Source: Somniosus microcephalus
Taxonomy: Eukaryota
Assembly: GCA_052327205.1 (NCBI GenBank)
Contig: CM126204.1
Coordinates: 266,290,001 to 266,354,000 of the forward strand
Reading direction: 5' to 3'
Length of the DNA stretch: 64,000 nt
In this document: one piece after another, positions 22,584 through 35,075 of the stretch
Position numbering within the stretch: position 1 is the stretch's first letter
Layout of the letters: every line of letters begins with the position of its first letter
Program-made: the position numbers and the translations under genes
The notes under the pieces: generated by a model
Databases searched by the model: none
Told to the model about the DNA's origin: nothing
What the model saw: the letters and a program-made list of their open reading frames with translations, nothing else

Positions 22584-25500
22584 ACTTCCTATTTAAGGTT
22601 AGGCTGGGCAGGTTGAATTATCTCCCTCGTATATATTTATTTTTATGAAGGTAACCGGGACAAATACCGACAGAGCTAATTGAATATGCTATGCGTTGTC
22701 TCTGAGCTGCTGGGACCAGGGAAATGTCATGCCAAGGAGTCCTAACTGCCTCAGATATATAATATAGGATGTAAGAATAGTTGGGTGTTAAGGATGTGGG
22801 GCAGGGAAAAACATTGCAGAAGCATTTCTCAGGCAAGAATGGGTTGTATATGTCCTGTGGAAGATATGGGCTCGATAGGATGTTTTTCTTATGTGCTTAG
22901 GCAACCCAAAGTGTTTTAACCAATCTTAGCATTTGAATTGTGCGTACTCATGCAGCTCCCTTGCACTGTTGGGCTCAGCAACTCCCAAAGTCACTTTTCC
23001 TAATGTTGTCATCAACGCTCACCATTTCAACATACATATTCAGAAAGAAATACCCAATGGAAATAAGTACTGAAACAAAAATGTATGATTACGTTAATAA
23101 CTGTGTGTAGCTGTTTGAATGTAAACAATATTGAAACAAACAGAACAAAACAAAATGTATGGTAAAGTTAGCCGTGATTCTTTGTAACATGCTTGATTTT
23201 TAAAGGTTAGCAACATTTTCTCTTTGCAGAACAATAATGGAATTGTACTTGTCATTTAATGTATAACTAAGCCTTAGTGAATGAGTATGGGATGATCGAT
23301 TAGGCTGGAGCTGAGTCAATGCCTGGGAATATTTCCAGTCCACAGTACTTAGCATTTGAAATGAGCAATTCTTTTCTTTCCTCTTCCCCCTGCCCAATAT
23401 GTGCAGATAAATGCAAGTTGTTGTTATAATGTTCTCCCCTTTCTCAAATCTTCGAACAACATCAATAATTTCCCAAAGAGGGCAAGAGAATAACAACCTT
23501 CTCCCAGGGCTTTGCCAATACTAAGTACTAGGAGGCATCCTCGGGAACACTAGTTGGCTGCCTTGCTCTATCGCTCTCGTCCCTCCACTCAATAACTCCC
23601 CTGATGGCTGAAATTAGAAACAAGGGCGAATTGATGTACCACGCCATAGAACGCCAACATGCCGACCCGTCACACTGCGGATCCCCTTCATTTCTATGTA
23701 AGTGTTTTCTACAACCCTAGTTAGTTACCCCAGTGGAACCTATCTGTCTTATTTTATTATTGCCTTCCAGTTGAAAAAATGAACAGGTAATCATAAAAAT
23801 AACGTACCCAAAATGTCTAATCATTTTTTTGAAAACTGCATTATTGCAAGGTAAGTATTAAAGTGACCAGCACTGATCAGCAGAAGAGTGTTTAAACTAA
23901 TGAAAATATCTACAGCCTACAGTTCACTGGCTGAAGTGCTAGTGACACGAAAACATCGAGTCACAAGGCCTACATTTACAGATGCCCGACTGCGGTTAGG
24001 TCAGGTACTTGTCCACTGAATGTGATCTCTTGACCCTCTCTCAGCACCTAAAACTCTTCTATTGAGCCGGAGGCCTGCAACATCTCTCACTCCTGCTCTT
24101 CTAGTTAATCATTTTTCTGCCATTATCTGAACAGCGTTCTTATCTCTCTTGCTTGTCAGTTTATAACAGGCCCTTCTTATCAACCTGCGCCGCATCATGT
24201 GCCCATGCTGGGCCTGTAGCAGTGCTCCAATGTTCCACCCTTCTGGCTAAAGCCCAGCCTGTAATGGCGCGCACGGTTTACTGCAGGTCACTGATAGCAG
24301 AAGCAGATCAGAGTCCGGCCAGGCACATGCATTGCATCCTCCCCAAATCTTGAATGAGATTTTCAATTCAGTTTCTGCGAAGGTTACTACGGCACGTTCT
24401 CATCCAAGGTCGACAAAGTTTACAAGCCGCACCTGTGCCAGTTGATGTTGTATGCTGCACATTCAAGGGCGTCAGATTGGCAACCAATAATGTCCAGTGG
24501 CCCTTCCTCCGGCATCACACAGGCGTCCATAAACCAAAGAACTGTTGGTAAGTGGGACTTCATTTATTGCACGTTCCGATTCAGACTGAGAGGGATCTAG
24601 AAATCTGACAGGACTCGAGTATGTTACAGGTAAGGTGGACCTCACACACATCCGCTGTGTGCTGGGGAAACGGGGATAAATGGGTCACAATAATGGGAAA
24701 CTTCAACAGTCCGGTAGCAATCCGTGTGGGCATGCCTCCTCAGACTGGTAGTTACTTGGGACTTTAACTAAAGAAATCTGGCGCGCAAAGGGTAAAGGCA
24801 ATTTATTTCTGTCGGCGGCTTCTGGTTATTTAAATCCTCTGCTCTCTTGATATGTTTTACTGTGTTGTCTCATCTTCATTATTCTGCCACTGCACTCGAT
24901 TCATTTAGAAATGGACAGGTGCGTGTCCTTTAGTTCTACCGAGAGAAAACGCGTATTAAAATATTTGGAGCGTAGAGGCCGATAGGATTCAGTTGTAAGA
25001 TTTAATGTGAATGGAGAAATATTATATCCCTATATAAGGCTGAGTGAAGTGTTACCTCCCGTCTCCCGGAAACACTGAAGATGTTTCAAATGACCTGAGT
25101 AGACATGTCAACGGTCTTACTGTGTCCGATGATGAGACCAGACACGTTGTGAGGGGGGTTGTTTCGGTGCCAATGACGCGCGGTAATCGGGCGCCTCATT
25201 GCTTGAGATCTGCCCAGCTCCACCGGGGTTGCGCCAGTCGCTGCCTCTGCCAAGCGCTCCGTTACCTGACTCCAGCCCGGGGCGAAGGCTTTGCGGATCA
25301 GCAGCGACCGCTGTCTCGCTGTTGGCCGCTGATCCCGGGAAACTGCAGCGCACTCGCGATCGGATTACTTCTAACTGGTCCCGTAGAAGTGAATATTTAC
25401 ATGTTGGCGAAGGACAGCCCTGGCTTTTCGTGTTCGAGAACGCTTGGGCGGTGCCAGAAAGTTCACTCGGGGTAGACTACTTTAAAATTTTAATTCAAGA

Positions 25501-26243
25501 CTATACACCTTCCCGGGTTTAACTATGTGCAGTGCTCCGAGAATACAAAGTACACTGGAAGAGTTGGTAATAGGCAGGGAAGTACATAACTATTGATGTG
25601 TTACATTGCACATCTGCACCTTAAAGAGTATTAGTAAACATCAAACATTCAAACATAGGCGCCTTCCACTGAATGCCCCGTGTGTGTCTTTTACACACTT
25701 CCAACATGTTCCCTTTGAGTTGGGGATTTATTTTAATTTTATTTTCTTGTGCTAAAAACGAAATTAGTCACAAATCGTCCATCGCTTATTGGCAAGTGTG
25801 CCTGGCGATTTTACCCGGTGGGGTAGAGTGTTCAATGCCGGAACACATCTCAGGCCCGTGATCCCAGCAGTAGAACCGTTGTATCCCGCCACACCGTGCT
25901 CAGGGCAGGCTTGAAATTGGTTCGGCCTGTTTTCACTTTTTCAAAAGTAAAGGAGACAAATATCAATTGCAAAGGCGCCTGGGCGTTGTGTGTATGTGAG
26001 GGAAGTAAATACTAAATCAGCAAATGGTAGGAAAATCAAGAAAAAGGACATTCAGAAAACACAAATTAAAAATAAACCGAGATTGCTATCTGTTCCCGCA
26101 CGTGTCGTCCTGTCGATAGTGCCATAGCTCTATTAAAACAATGATTGAGCACTGCCAGGGAGCAAGGGTGATCACTGTATTATGCAACTATCTTTGTGGA
26201 AGTGTTGATGGTTTATTAATGGGTGCACGGATGGGCTGATCGA

Positions 26244-26325
26244 CAGGCAGATAGTCTGATAGACGGTTGACAGATAGTCTGATAGACGGTTGACAGATAG
26301 CCTGATAGACGAATAACAGATAACT
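26244..26325 (+). repeat. Short tandem repeat, ~23-bp unit (GACAGATAGTCTGATAGACGGTT) x ~3.5
   Basis: Read directly from the sequence. Confidence 0.8.
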
Positions 26326-28489
26326 GTAGAAGTTGCATGGCTTACCAGTGTCGTAATGACACAGACTTGTACTGCAATATATTTAAATACGGAAAATGTA
26401 GCATCTTGATCGAGTTAAGGCTGGGCTTTCTTTAAATAGCTGTTATCACCTAATTGCTGTCCAGTGCCTTGTATTGGTAATGTATTTTTATTATTTAGAT
26501 ATATTTATCAAGCCGAGAGAAAAGAGCTGATAAGCAAATAAAAAATATTGGCCGTGTCAGCCTAGGAGAGAGGCGAGCAGATAACAATAATTACATTTCG
26601 CCCTGTTTTATTCTTGGCTCTGCTAGATTTGTTGGCAGATTCCCGAGAGTTGGCCGGATAGATAGAGAGAGAGACCTTTCCAAGTATGTGAGCTGTCAGG
26701 AGCCGAGGAAAGAATAGCCCTGCAGTATTAATGACCGTCTCTTTTCAAAGGGACAATGCGAGCTTAATATGGGCCACCTCGCTCCGGCTAGTGTTACATT
26801 TGCAGCGGAGCTCGCAGACAGCGCATATGAGATTGTTTGGTCGGAACATATGTGAGAGTTTGTTGAACTCCCGTCAAATGACAGGAATCTCTCATAATCA
26901 ACAGATCAAAGATGAATATTACAGGTTGATTCTACAGCCAGGTGCAGTCTCCTAGAACTTTCAAACGGAGCTTTTGGCGAAAAATTGTTCCCCGCCTGTT
27001 TATTAATGTGCAGCCATGTTTAACTGGCGAGTGTTGTAACATTCAACGGATAAAGGTGGGATATGTGACTGCTTCTCACTGTAACTTTCACCTCGACTTG
27101 TCGCATCTCCACTCTCACCAATCAGCCGCCTCCGGTAAGAAGGGAAATCTGCCCTACTAAGTTAATTGAGCCAATGGGATTTTTTTTAATCTGCTGTATT
27201 CAACAATTAGTCGAAAATTTGAGGAACAACATGTGAACGTGTGAAAGTTGCAGCATCGAATACATTGTGCGGCGGGATGGTCTAATCAGAAACAGACAGT
27301 TTCTATAAACAGTTTCATATGACAGCGCTCAAATTGTACTGTACTTGAGGAAGTCAGGAACACGGTGCTAGGTGAAGACTTGCGTGTCCCCTGAGGTTGA
27401 TTGTATTAGGGTTACACAGAGCCGGGTTAGGATATTGAAACGGGCGGTACCAAACTGTCTCAATGGAATAGCAATTGGCTTTTTCGCAATTTTTCCCTCT
27501 CTGAAAATCCAACTCAAAAGTTTCTACGGATTGATTAAAACCGGCACCAGCAAAGCTGACGGAGACAGTTGACATTTGGGTTGTATTTATATGCGGAATC
27601 GGATTATAGAAATAAAAACACAATTATAACAGAACGTTATATTTATGCCCAACTTACACCAGAAATACTTCAAAAATATTCCGTTATTTCCCACCCTTTT
27701 ATGACTGGCATAACATTATGAAACTTACGCTTTATATTGAATTAGCGAAATTAATGTTTCTGCAAAAACAAACTCTTAGGACATAAAAACAATCTGTCAG
27801 ATTTAAGGTGTTGTACGGTCACACGTTTTATGGTCTATATTTGCAACTAACCCTGTTTTAACATCCATGTAACGAACTGTGTAGATGTCGTTTTAGAAAT
27901 ATCGGGATGCAGAGGCTGTCTTTTGGTTCATTAATGATATAATAACACGGCTAGGTGCTTTGGAAATAGCAGGTACAAATCTTTGAGCGGAAAAAAAAAC
28001 TGCTTATTGAGCCAACCGGTTTATGAAACGATTCCCTTTCCCTGCCCACCCACCGCCCCAACTTCATAAGGTGTTCTTCCACTGGAGTCGGTTTCACGCT
28101 GATGTCCCGCCAGGGTCTGGGATCACACATCTTGGAACGGTGCTGCCAACACGAATCTCTCAAATCCGCGCTTAACTATCCTGTGCTTGTGAACTGCGTG
28201 AATCCCACTTGATGTCAAGCGTCTTTCAGGACTGTACTTGCTGATGTGTATAGTTTCTTAAAACTTTCTGAATGAATTTATGTTGATTCATGTCATATAT
28301 GGAATAATTTTTTTAAATCTGTGAATTTTGTCAAGTCCCATATATACAAAAGGATGTCAAATTGGATTGTGATACTGTTTACAGTACAGGTACAGGAAGG
28401 GCCAATAAGGATATTATTGTGATTTGATTTTCTTACTCCTTATTCCTGGAGGAATGTTGATTTTCTCCAGGGGGGAGGGTAGAGGAGGT

Positions 28490-28620
28490 GCTCCCGGCTC
28501 CAAGTGTTTTCTCATTGGCTCACTTGACCTGATGCTGTGTCTGGCTGAAGACCCTATTGGGCGGCGGGCTCCGAGTCACTTGTAATCAAGGCCGGGAAAG
28601 CGCGGGTGAGGAGGAAGCGA
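28490..28620 (+). promoter_or_regulatory. Candidate nr5a2 internal/proximal promoter
   Basis: Two inverted CCAAT boxes (ATTGG at ~28514 and ~28556), CACTTG motifs, GC-box-like GGGCGG, and an NR5A-type site TCAAGGCCG at 28586-28594, ~340 bp upstream of the ATG. Confidence 0.5.
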
Positions 28621-28754
28621 AAGAGTCCAACTTCACAGAAGCCCTCAATGCATTAGATCCTCACACTAGAATTAGCCCGTGTCAGTCTGATCCGGGGGAG
28701 GGGGGACACGATGAGTCCCGACTGTTACTACAATACACGCTAACAACAACAAAA

Positions 28755-28778
28755 ACACACACACACACACACACACAC
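28755..28778 (+). repeat. (CA)n microsatellite
   Basis: Read directly from the sequence. Confidence 0.9.
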
Positions 28779-28927
28779 TCGCTCTCTGCTCGGTCAGTTG
28801 GGTTCGAGCTCATCCGCAAGTCAAGCCAAGCCAACCTCTTGTTCCTATCGCGCTGTGTGTCTCTCCCCGTTCAGGTCCTCGACTACTGGACGGAGCGTCG
28901 CCCCACAGCCAGCCCGGGAGTAGTGCC

Positions 28928-29003
28928 ATGCTACCCAAAGCCGAGGCAGAATCCATTGCTATTGCTAGGTCGCATGGGGATCGGATGCCGGAAACTATGC
29001 ACG
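28928..29003 (+). CDS. nr5a2: nr5a2 first visible coding exon (MLPKAEAESIAIARSHGDRMPETMH); in-frame splice acceptor at 28874/28875
   Basis: GCCATG Kozak context. The peptide matches the vertebrate NR5A2 MLPKVE.E.LGLARSHGE...MPENMQ segment. Phase-1 donor G|GTAAG joins in frame to 33818. Confidence 0.9.
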
Positions 29004-32000
29004 GTAAGAGAGCTGCGTTTTGTACTGGTCAATTGATCGATTTAACAAACCGGTAAATGCGTTCATCTGAGGACACGGTGGGGGGGGGGGGGGGTGCATC
29101 CAGTACTGTAACTAACCCATGCTAGGAGGAATATGCGGACAGTTCGCTCATGTGTTGAAGAATTAAAGTGGACAGTTGATGTTGTTTGCGTGCTCTCCTC
29201 TGCCTTGCGAATCTGAATGCTAATAAGATGTAGAAAGACTTGTTTCTGTAAAAGGTGCTCAGAAATCCAGCTCTGTTAAAAGAAGAGACTTAACTGGTGT
29301 GACATTGGAAACACACAGTCCGAAGTTGCTGACAGATAGTCGTTGCGCTGCTATGGATGTAATTTCACGTGAACCCGCAGCGCCCTTTACAAACTGTCAA
29401 TTTCACAGATTAAAAGTTAATTTCTCTTTTTTCTATGTGAGTGGAGTTGATTTGTGTTAAAACGGAACTACCGGGGGGAGACGCGTCGGGCTGATTTCAG
29501 TTTAAGACTCAGGTTTGGTTTATAAAAGAGAGATGCCGCCGCTTTCAATCAGGAGATGCAGAAGACTGAAGTCAGTTTCCAGTGTTTGGCGGCGAAATAC
29601 TTGAAACTTGGGGAGCTGGCTGATAGTTCAGTTTGCCGAGAAGGAATAACACTTGGATAACCAATTTCGCAACAAAAAAAAGCGGAAGTAACTCTGTGTA
29701 GTTACAAGGAGGCTCAAACGTCGCTTTGTCAAACGCGTCACTGTTCACGGTGAAATAAACCACACGAATGAATATAATCGCACCAAACATTGGCATCTGA
29801 AAGAATTGGCTTTCTGCTAGTAGTTTCGGCTTTAAAAATCCCCTCAACCGACCAGACCAATAGCACGTAGACCCACAAATCAGGGCACAAGTGTCCTCCT
29901 ATAGACACTCTTCCCCTGGTGCTTCTGAAAGAAAAAAATTGAGAATTCGATATTAATTTGACATGAAATGCGCTTTGACAAGACAGGGAGACTTGTTACT
30001 GCTTCTGGTTATTTTTTTGATATCTGGATAACTTAAAACTAAAAGACAAGGCGCGCTTCGTTTCCTTGTTCCCAGGGCTGAGATACCTGTGCGAAAATCA
30101 TTTGACTCTCTTAATCACAGCACAACATATAATTGGAAACAGCTCGGTTCGCTGGCTATCCAAGTTTACAGGCAATTGTCCCTGCGGGTCAGATCTTGCG
30201 TGTAGAAATGACTGGGATTGACGGGAAATGAATGGCCCCACTCGCCAAACAACCGAGTACTCGGTGAGGTGAACGGGACACTTGGAGTGGCTGCATTGTG
30301 AACCAAATTGGGCCTCCATATGAGAATACATAACTTCAACGAGCGTTCAGTTAGCAAAAGTAACGAGGAGAGGAGAAACGTGCGGGCTTGGTGCGTACGG
30401 TTACAAGTATGCGGCGACATCATTTATTTATTTATATTTTACCTTCCCCTCCCAAAACTTGCTTTCTCTTCACGCTCGCCAGTGATGTGTTGACATGTTT
30501 CAACACTGTGTGTTTGGATTATCTTGACTAGTAATAATAGCAACAGAACACCGTCATTCTTGTCACAACTTAAGGAAATCTTCACTTGTCCCTTTTACTA
30601 ATGTTTCCGTTTCATCTATTTCAAGGAGGGACCAGAGCAGTTTCGGGTATTTTATGTGTTCTTCAGCCCCATCACACAGATCATCAAATTGTTACTGACT
30701 TCCTCTTGCAGTCGCTGTATACTGGGTTTCAGTTGTACTTTAAACATTTGGAGTCGACGAATCCAACTCGTTGAATTCCATTGAATAGTGAAACTGCAAA
30801 GGTCAGGTGTCTGCTTTACAAAGCTCACCAGATGTTCAGCCTACTTTTACCCAGTGCTAAGTGTTTACAAAACACCTGTTTGGCGGGACGCTCGTGCGCA
30901 TGTGTGCTATTCCAACCACTTTAATTCAGAATATTACAATAAGCATATAAATAACGAGGCCCAGAAATAGGCCCGCTCACAAGCTTCTGGAAATAGCCGA
31001 GGCAACAACAGGAGGTTTATCTGCTTGTAAAACGGAGCGCCGCCGCGCTGAATTTCAACCAAGTCGGTCACTTGTACTTAAACATTAAATTGGAAGTCGG
31101 TGGGCAAGAAATTCGGGCGAAGCGCAAAACGGGCGGTCGATTCGCTATCGCCCTTTTTCTGCTACCTCGCAAGTCCAATTTATACAATCCCCCCACCCCC
31201 CTCACCAGAGGAAGAATTGCTCGGTGAGACTGAAGCGGCTTGGTGAACACTCATACATATATTATAATAATAATAGCTTAAATGGTCAGTCTAAGCAGAT
31301 GGGAGGTGCCATTTAATAAGACACACAATCCGTCGCTTTATTCATATTTCGACGTCCTCAGATCTCTCAAGTCCAGCGGCAGTTTTTTTGAAGTTACTCC
31401 CAGAAATGCGCGCGATGTTAACATTTCACCTTTCAAAAAACTTTTTAAAGAATGTGAACTTTTAAACCGTCAACACTGCCCGGAGCCGAAGGAAAGGATT
31501 AGACCGTTTGCCACCGAATATTTCAGTAATTACAGAGAGCATCGAAATACTTTCATCTGTATTAACGTTTCACACCTCAGACCCATGACACACGCATATA
31601 TGGGTGTACACACATATTTCCAACCATTATTCGGTAAAATGATTTGCAGATATATTTGGGGAAAGGTTACTGAAATGAGGGACGTCTCTCTCCCAATAGT
31701 CAGCTTCCCATCAATAACAAAATTCAGCATCAACCAGTTGCTCAGTTTAGGGGACTCGTGCTGATTATGAAGGAAGGCGTCAGTAAATAAAAAATCCAGC
31801 AAGGTTTAAATATATTTGGAAAGAAAATGTGTCTTGATGAAACCACGACAACTATTTTTATAATGGAGGCAGTGCCCTTTTTATTGCATGATGATCTGCG
31901 CATTGAATTAACGCTTATAAAATGCTTCAGATACGAGATACAATGGGAGATTTTAAATTTAATGTGAACAAGATCTATTTTATGGACCGTGACTTCTCTT

Positions 32001-32224
32001 TCGAATCCAGCGAGCTTCCTCTAGTTGTATTTATAAATTATCCAGTGCCCTGATCTGACAATGAACTAAATTCCAGACACTCTTTGGCACTGCAGCCAAG
32101 CAAGTAGACCCAGAGGACAGATAGCAGTATTTCCCCCGCCAGGACGCCTCTTTGAGAGATTTCTTGCTCTAGTTTTGTGGCCGATGTAATTCTGTTAGAC
32201 TTTTGGCTGCTTTTTTCTGGAGGG

Positions 32225-32612
32225 CCCGTAAAGGTGAGGTTCTGGCAGTTTATAATGACGAGCCTTAAAGGTGAGGTTCTGGCAGCTTGTGATGACGGCC
32301 TTAAAGGTGAGGTTCTGGCAGCTTATAATGATGGCCTTAAAGGTGAGGTTCTGGCAGCTTGTAATGATGGCCTTAAAGGTGAGGTTCTGGCAGTTTATAA
32401 CGACTGTACTTAAAGGTGAGGTTCTGGCAGCTTATAATGACGAGCCTTAAAGGTGAGGTTCTGGCAGTTTATAATGATGGCCTTAAAGGTGAGGTTCTGG
32501 CAGTTTATAATGATGGGCCTTAAAAGTGAGGTTCTGGCAGCTTATAATGACGGGCCTTAAAGGTGAGGTTCTGGCAGCTTATAATGACGGGCCTTAAAGG
32601 TGAGGTTCTGGC
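32225..32612 (+). repeat. Intronic minisatellite, 36-37-bp unit x ~10.5
   Basis: Unit CCTTAAAGGTGAGGTTCTGGCAG(C/T)TT(A/G)TAATGA(C/T)GG(G). Confidence 0.95.
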
Positions 32613-33753
32613 TAGTTTAAAGAAATTGTGCGCCAAAATCAGAGGTCAGTTACTAAATGTCATGTAATCCAATATGAGAATTACCACAGCGCTGCTCACA
32701 TTACTCCCAAGGCCAGTCGCATGGTGAAAAATGCACAGATTTCGCTGTTTGGGGTTTTCAACTTTCATTCTAAAAACAGGACTCCCGCTTGGCAAAACTG
32801 CCTGCTGAGTCTGTGAGTTACTTTTCAACACTAAAGAATTTGTGGGGATATAAAGTCGGACGCCCCGCAGGAATTAGTGAGAATTTATCTCCCGCATCAA
32901 GTGGTGTCGATTTCTGTACGTTGTGACCAATCAATCATTTTTTTTATAAAGTGTGGAGGATCGTTTCAAAGGTGCGAAGTCAAAATTGAAAATTCTCGTT
33001 TGCAATCAAGTGGGATCCGTTCGGTTTACTTTAGTCAAGCCGAGTCTCGGTTACCGAGCGCCACAGGTACAGAAAGCGCAGCTCTTCATTCTGGAACCCT
33101 TTTTTCTGAAAGTCGTAAAAAAAAGCCCTCCTTGTCCTGTACATGGTACAGGTCTGCAGTGAATTCTACAAGGAAAGGCAAAAACTCATTGAGCAGCTGT
33201 CTGAATTTCTATAATGATCTCGTCCCCATAAAGTTTTCTTTCAAAAGTTATTTACATTTTATTGCAGTCACCTATTCGCTGACGCCAAGCACCTAAGTCA
33301 GTCTGAGCGCAGAGAACCACACTGCTTGCCCGAATTTGAATTCTTGAAAGTGGCCTGAAATTGACGAGCTTAGTGTTGAAAAAAAGGACACAGCAGTTTT
33401 TATCAGTCAGTTTCACAAGGTGCGTTACCATTACATGCACGTTTTGTTTTTTCTACGCCTGCTTTCTATAACTAAAACTGTATTATGATTCCAGCTCTTG
33501 TTACGTGATGGTCATTAACCCTTTTTTTAATGGTCATGACACCCCCTCAGCTTGAGCAGAATAAAGTATCCCCCACCTCCCATCCTATCCCCCTTCCCCT
33601 TTACTCCCATCATTTTGGCTGTTATTAGATACTCCGAAGTTCTTAAGTGTCTTGAGGGAAAGGAATAAACCGCGTGTCCATCCCCCCCGATCGATGGATG
33701 GTGTATTCATGGCGGAACTGATTTACACCCCGGCGCGCTGTAATTACAATTGA

Positions 33754-34008
<255 letters not shown>

Positions 34009-34681
34009 TGATTTTTTAATCAATTTTAACACACTTTTAGCCCAAACTTCGTTCTCCCTTTTGCAAGTTTCAAGAATTTGCTCTCCCGCCCCCACTTTCA
34101 CAGGTGGAAAGGTTTGTGGTATTTTATTCCAGTATCCTTTCGGCCGCTTATGTCCTGATTTAGGAGCCGCGGGGGGGGGACATCTCGATAAGACAGGGGG
34201 GCTTCCCAGCACGGCCCATGCCACCCGCTCACACCATCCCCCGTAATATGTAGTCGATCCGACTCTGGTGGAAGTGCGGAAGCTCGGCAGATTTCAATCC
34301 GGTTGAACACGAGAGAGCGGAATTTAAAGAAATTATTCTCAGTTTCCCCCCGAAATAAAAGGGACGACATCTGCTTTGAGCGGACAGTTATGTTTATGCT
34401 TCTATTCGCAAACGGTGAGAGAAAGTCAGGGACAAACTTCTAGCCCGTTGCCAGAATATTTATCCATCGGTTTTATTGTTATTGCTGCTTTATTGGACAT
34501 CCTGACTACAACTTGGAATTAAAGAGCATCTTCCTGCTGACTTCCTCGGGCGCATTTTAACGCCCATCTAACGCCAGTCTATTACTCTGCACTCCCCGAG
34601 CTGAGCGTTCTTACCGTCTCACACTCAAACCTTGCTCAAATGAGTTCCGTTTGTTTTAGAAATCAGACAGAGTTCTTTGGT

Positions 34682-34782
34682 ATAACAACAGAAAACGCTG
34701 GAAAAACTCAGCAGGCCAGGCAACATCCGTGGAGAGGGAAATAGAGTCAACGTTTCAGGTCGAAACCCTTCTTCGGGTTTCG
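34682..34782 (-). mobile_element. Penelope-like pseudo-LTR fragment with near-intact hammerhead motif
   Basis: Reverse complement reads CCGAAGA-A-GGGT-TTCG-ACCT-GAAAC-GTTGAC..GGATGTTGCCTGGCCTGCTGAG. Confidence 0.75.
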
Positions 34783-34933
34783 ATTTGTTTAAATGACAGG
34801 GGTACCTCGGCGGGTGGGATTTTCGGGTTGGTGTGCGCTTTATTTAACAAGTCGTCGCAGTGAAAGAATGAAGTTTGTTTGTGCGGGTCCCACACAGAAA
34901 TGTGACCTTTCTCACTCCCTCTCTTAAAAAAAG

Positions 34934-35075
34934 GGTTTCTTCAAACGCACAGTTCAAAATAACAAAAGGTACACGTGTATAGAAAACCAGACCTGCCCGA
35001 TCGACAAGACCCAGAGGAAAAGGTGTCCCTACTGCCGCTTCCAGAAATGCCTGAACGTCGGGATGAAGTTGGAAG
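34934..35075 (+). CDS. nr5a2: nr5a2 exon: second zinc finger ([47 protein letters not shown])
   Basis: AAG| acceptor, G|GTAAG donor, 142 nt, in frame with both neighbouring exons. Not listed in the ORF track. Confidence 0.97.

Noticed and set aside
25044-25522. Overlapping 143-aa and 107-aa ORFs in the CpG-rich region
   Set aside because: No recognisable homology or splice structure. Long ORFs arise by chance in GC-rich DNA.
27038-27060. miR-181-like sequence AACATTCAACG..GGTGGG
   Set aside because: The first 11 nt match miR-181a, but the middle diverges and I see no complementary 3' arm to form a precursor hairpin.
32225-32612. CRISPR-like array of ~36-bp repeats
   Set aside because: Units are head-to-tail with no unique spacers, there are no cas genes, and the context is a vertebrate intron. 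It is a minisatellite.
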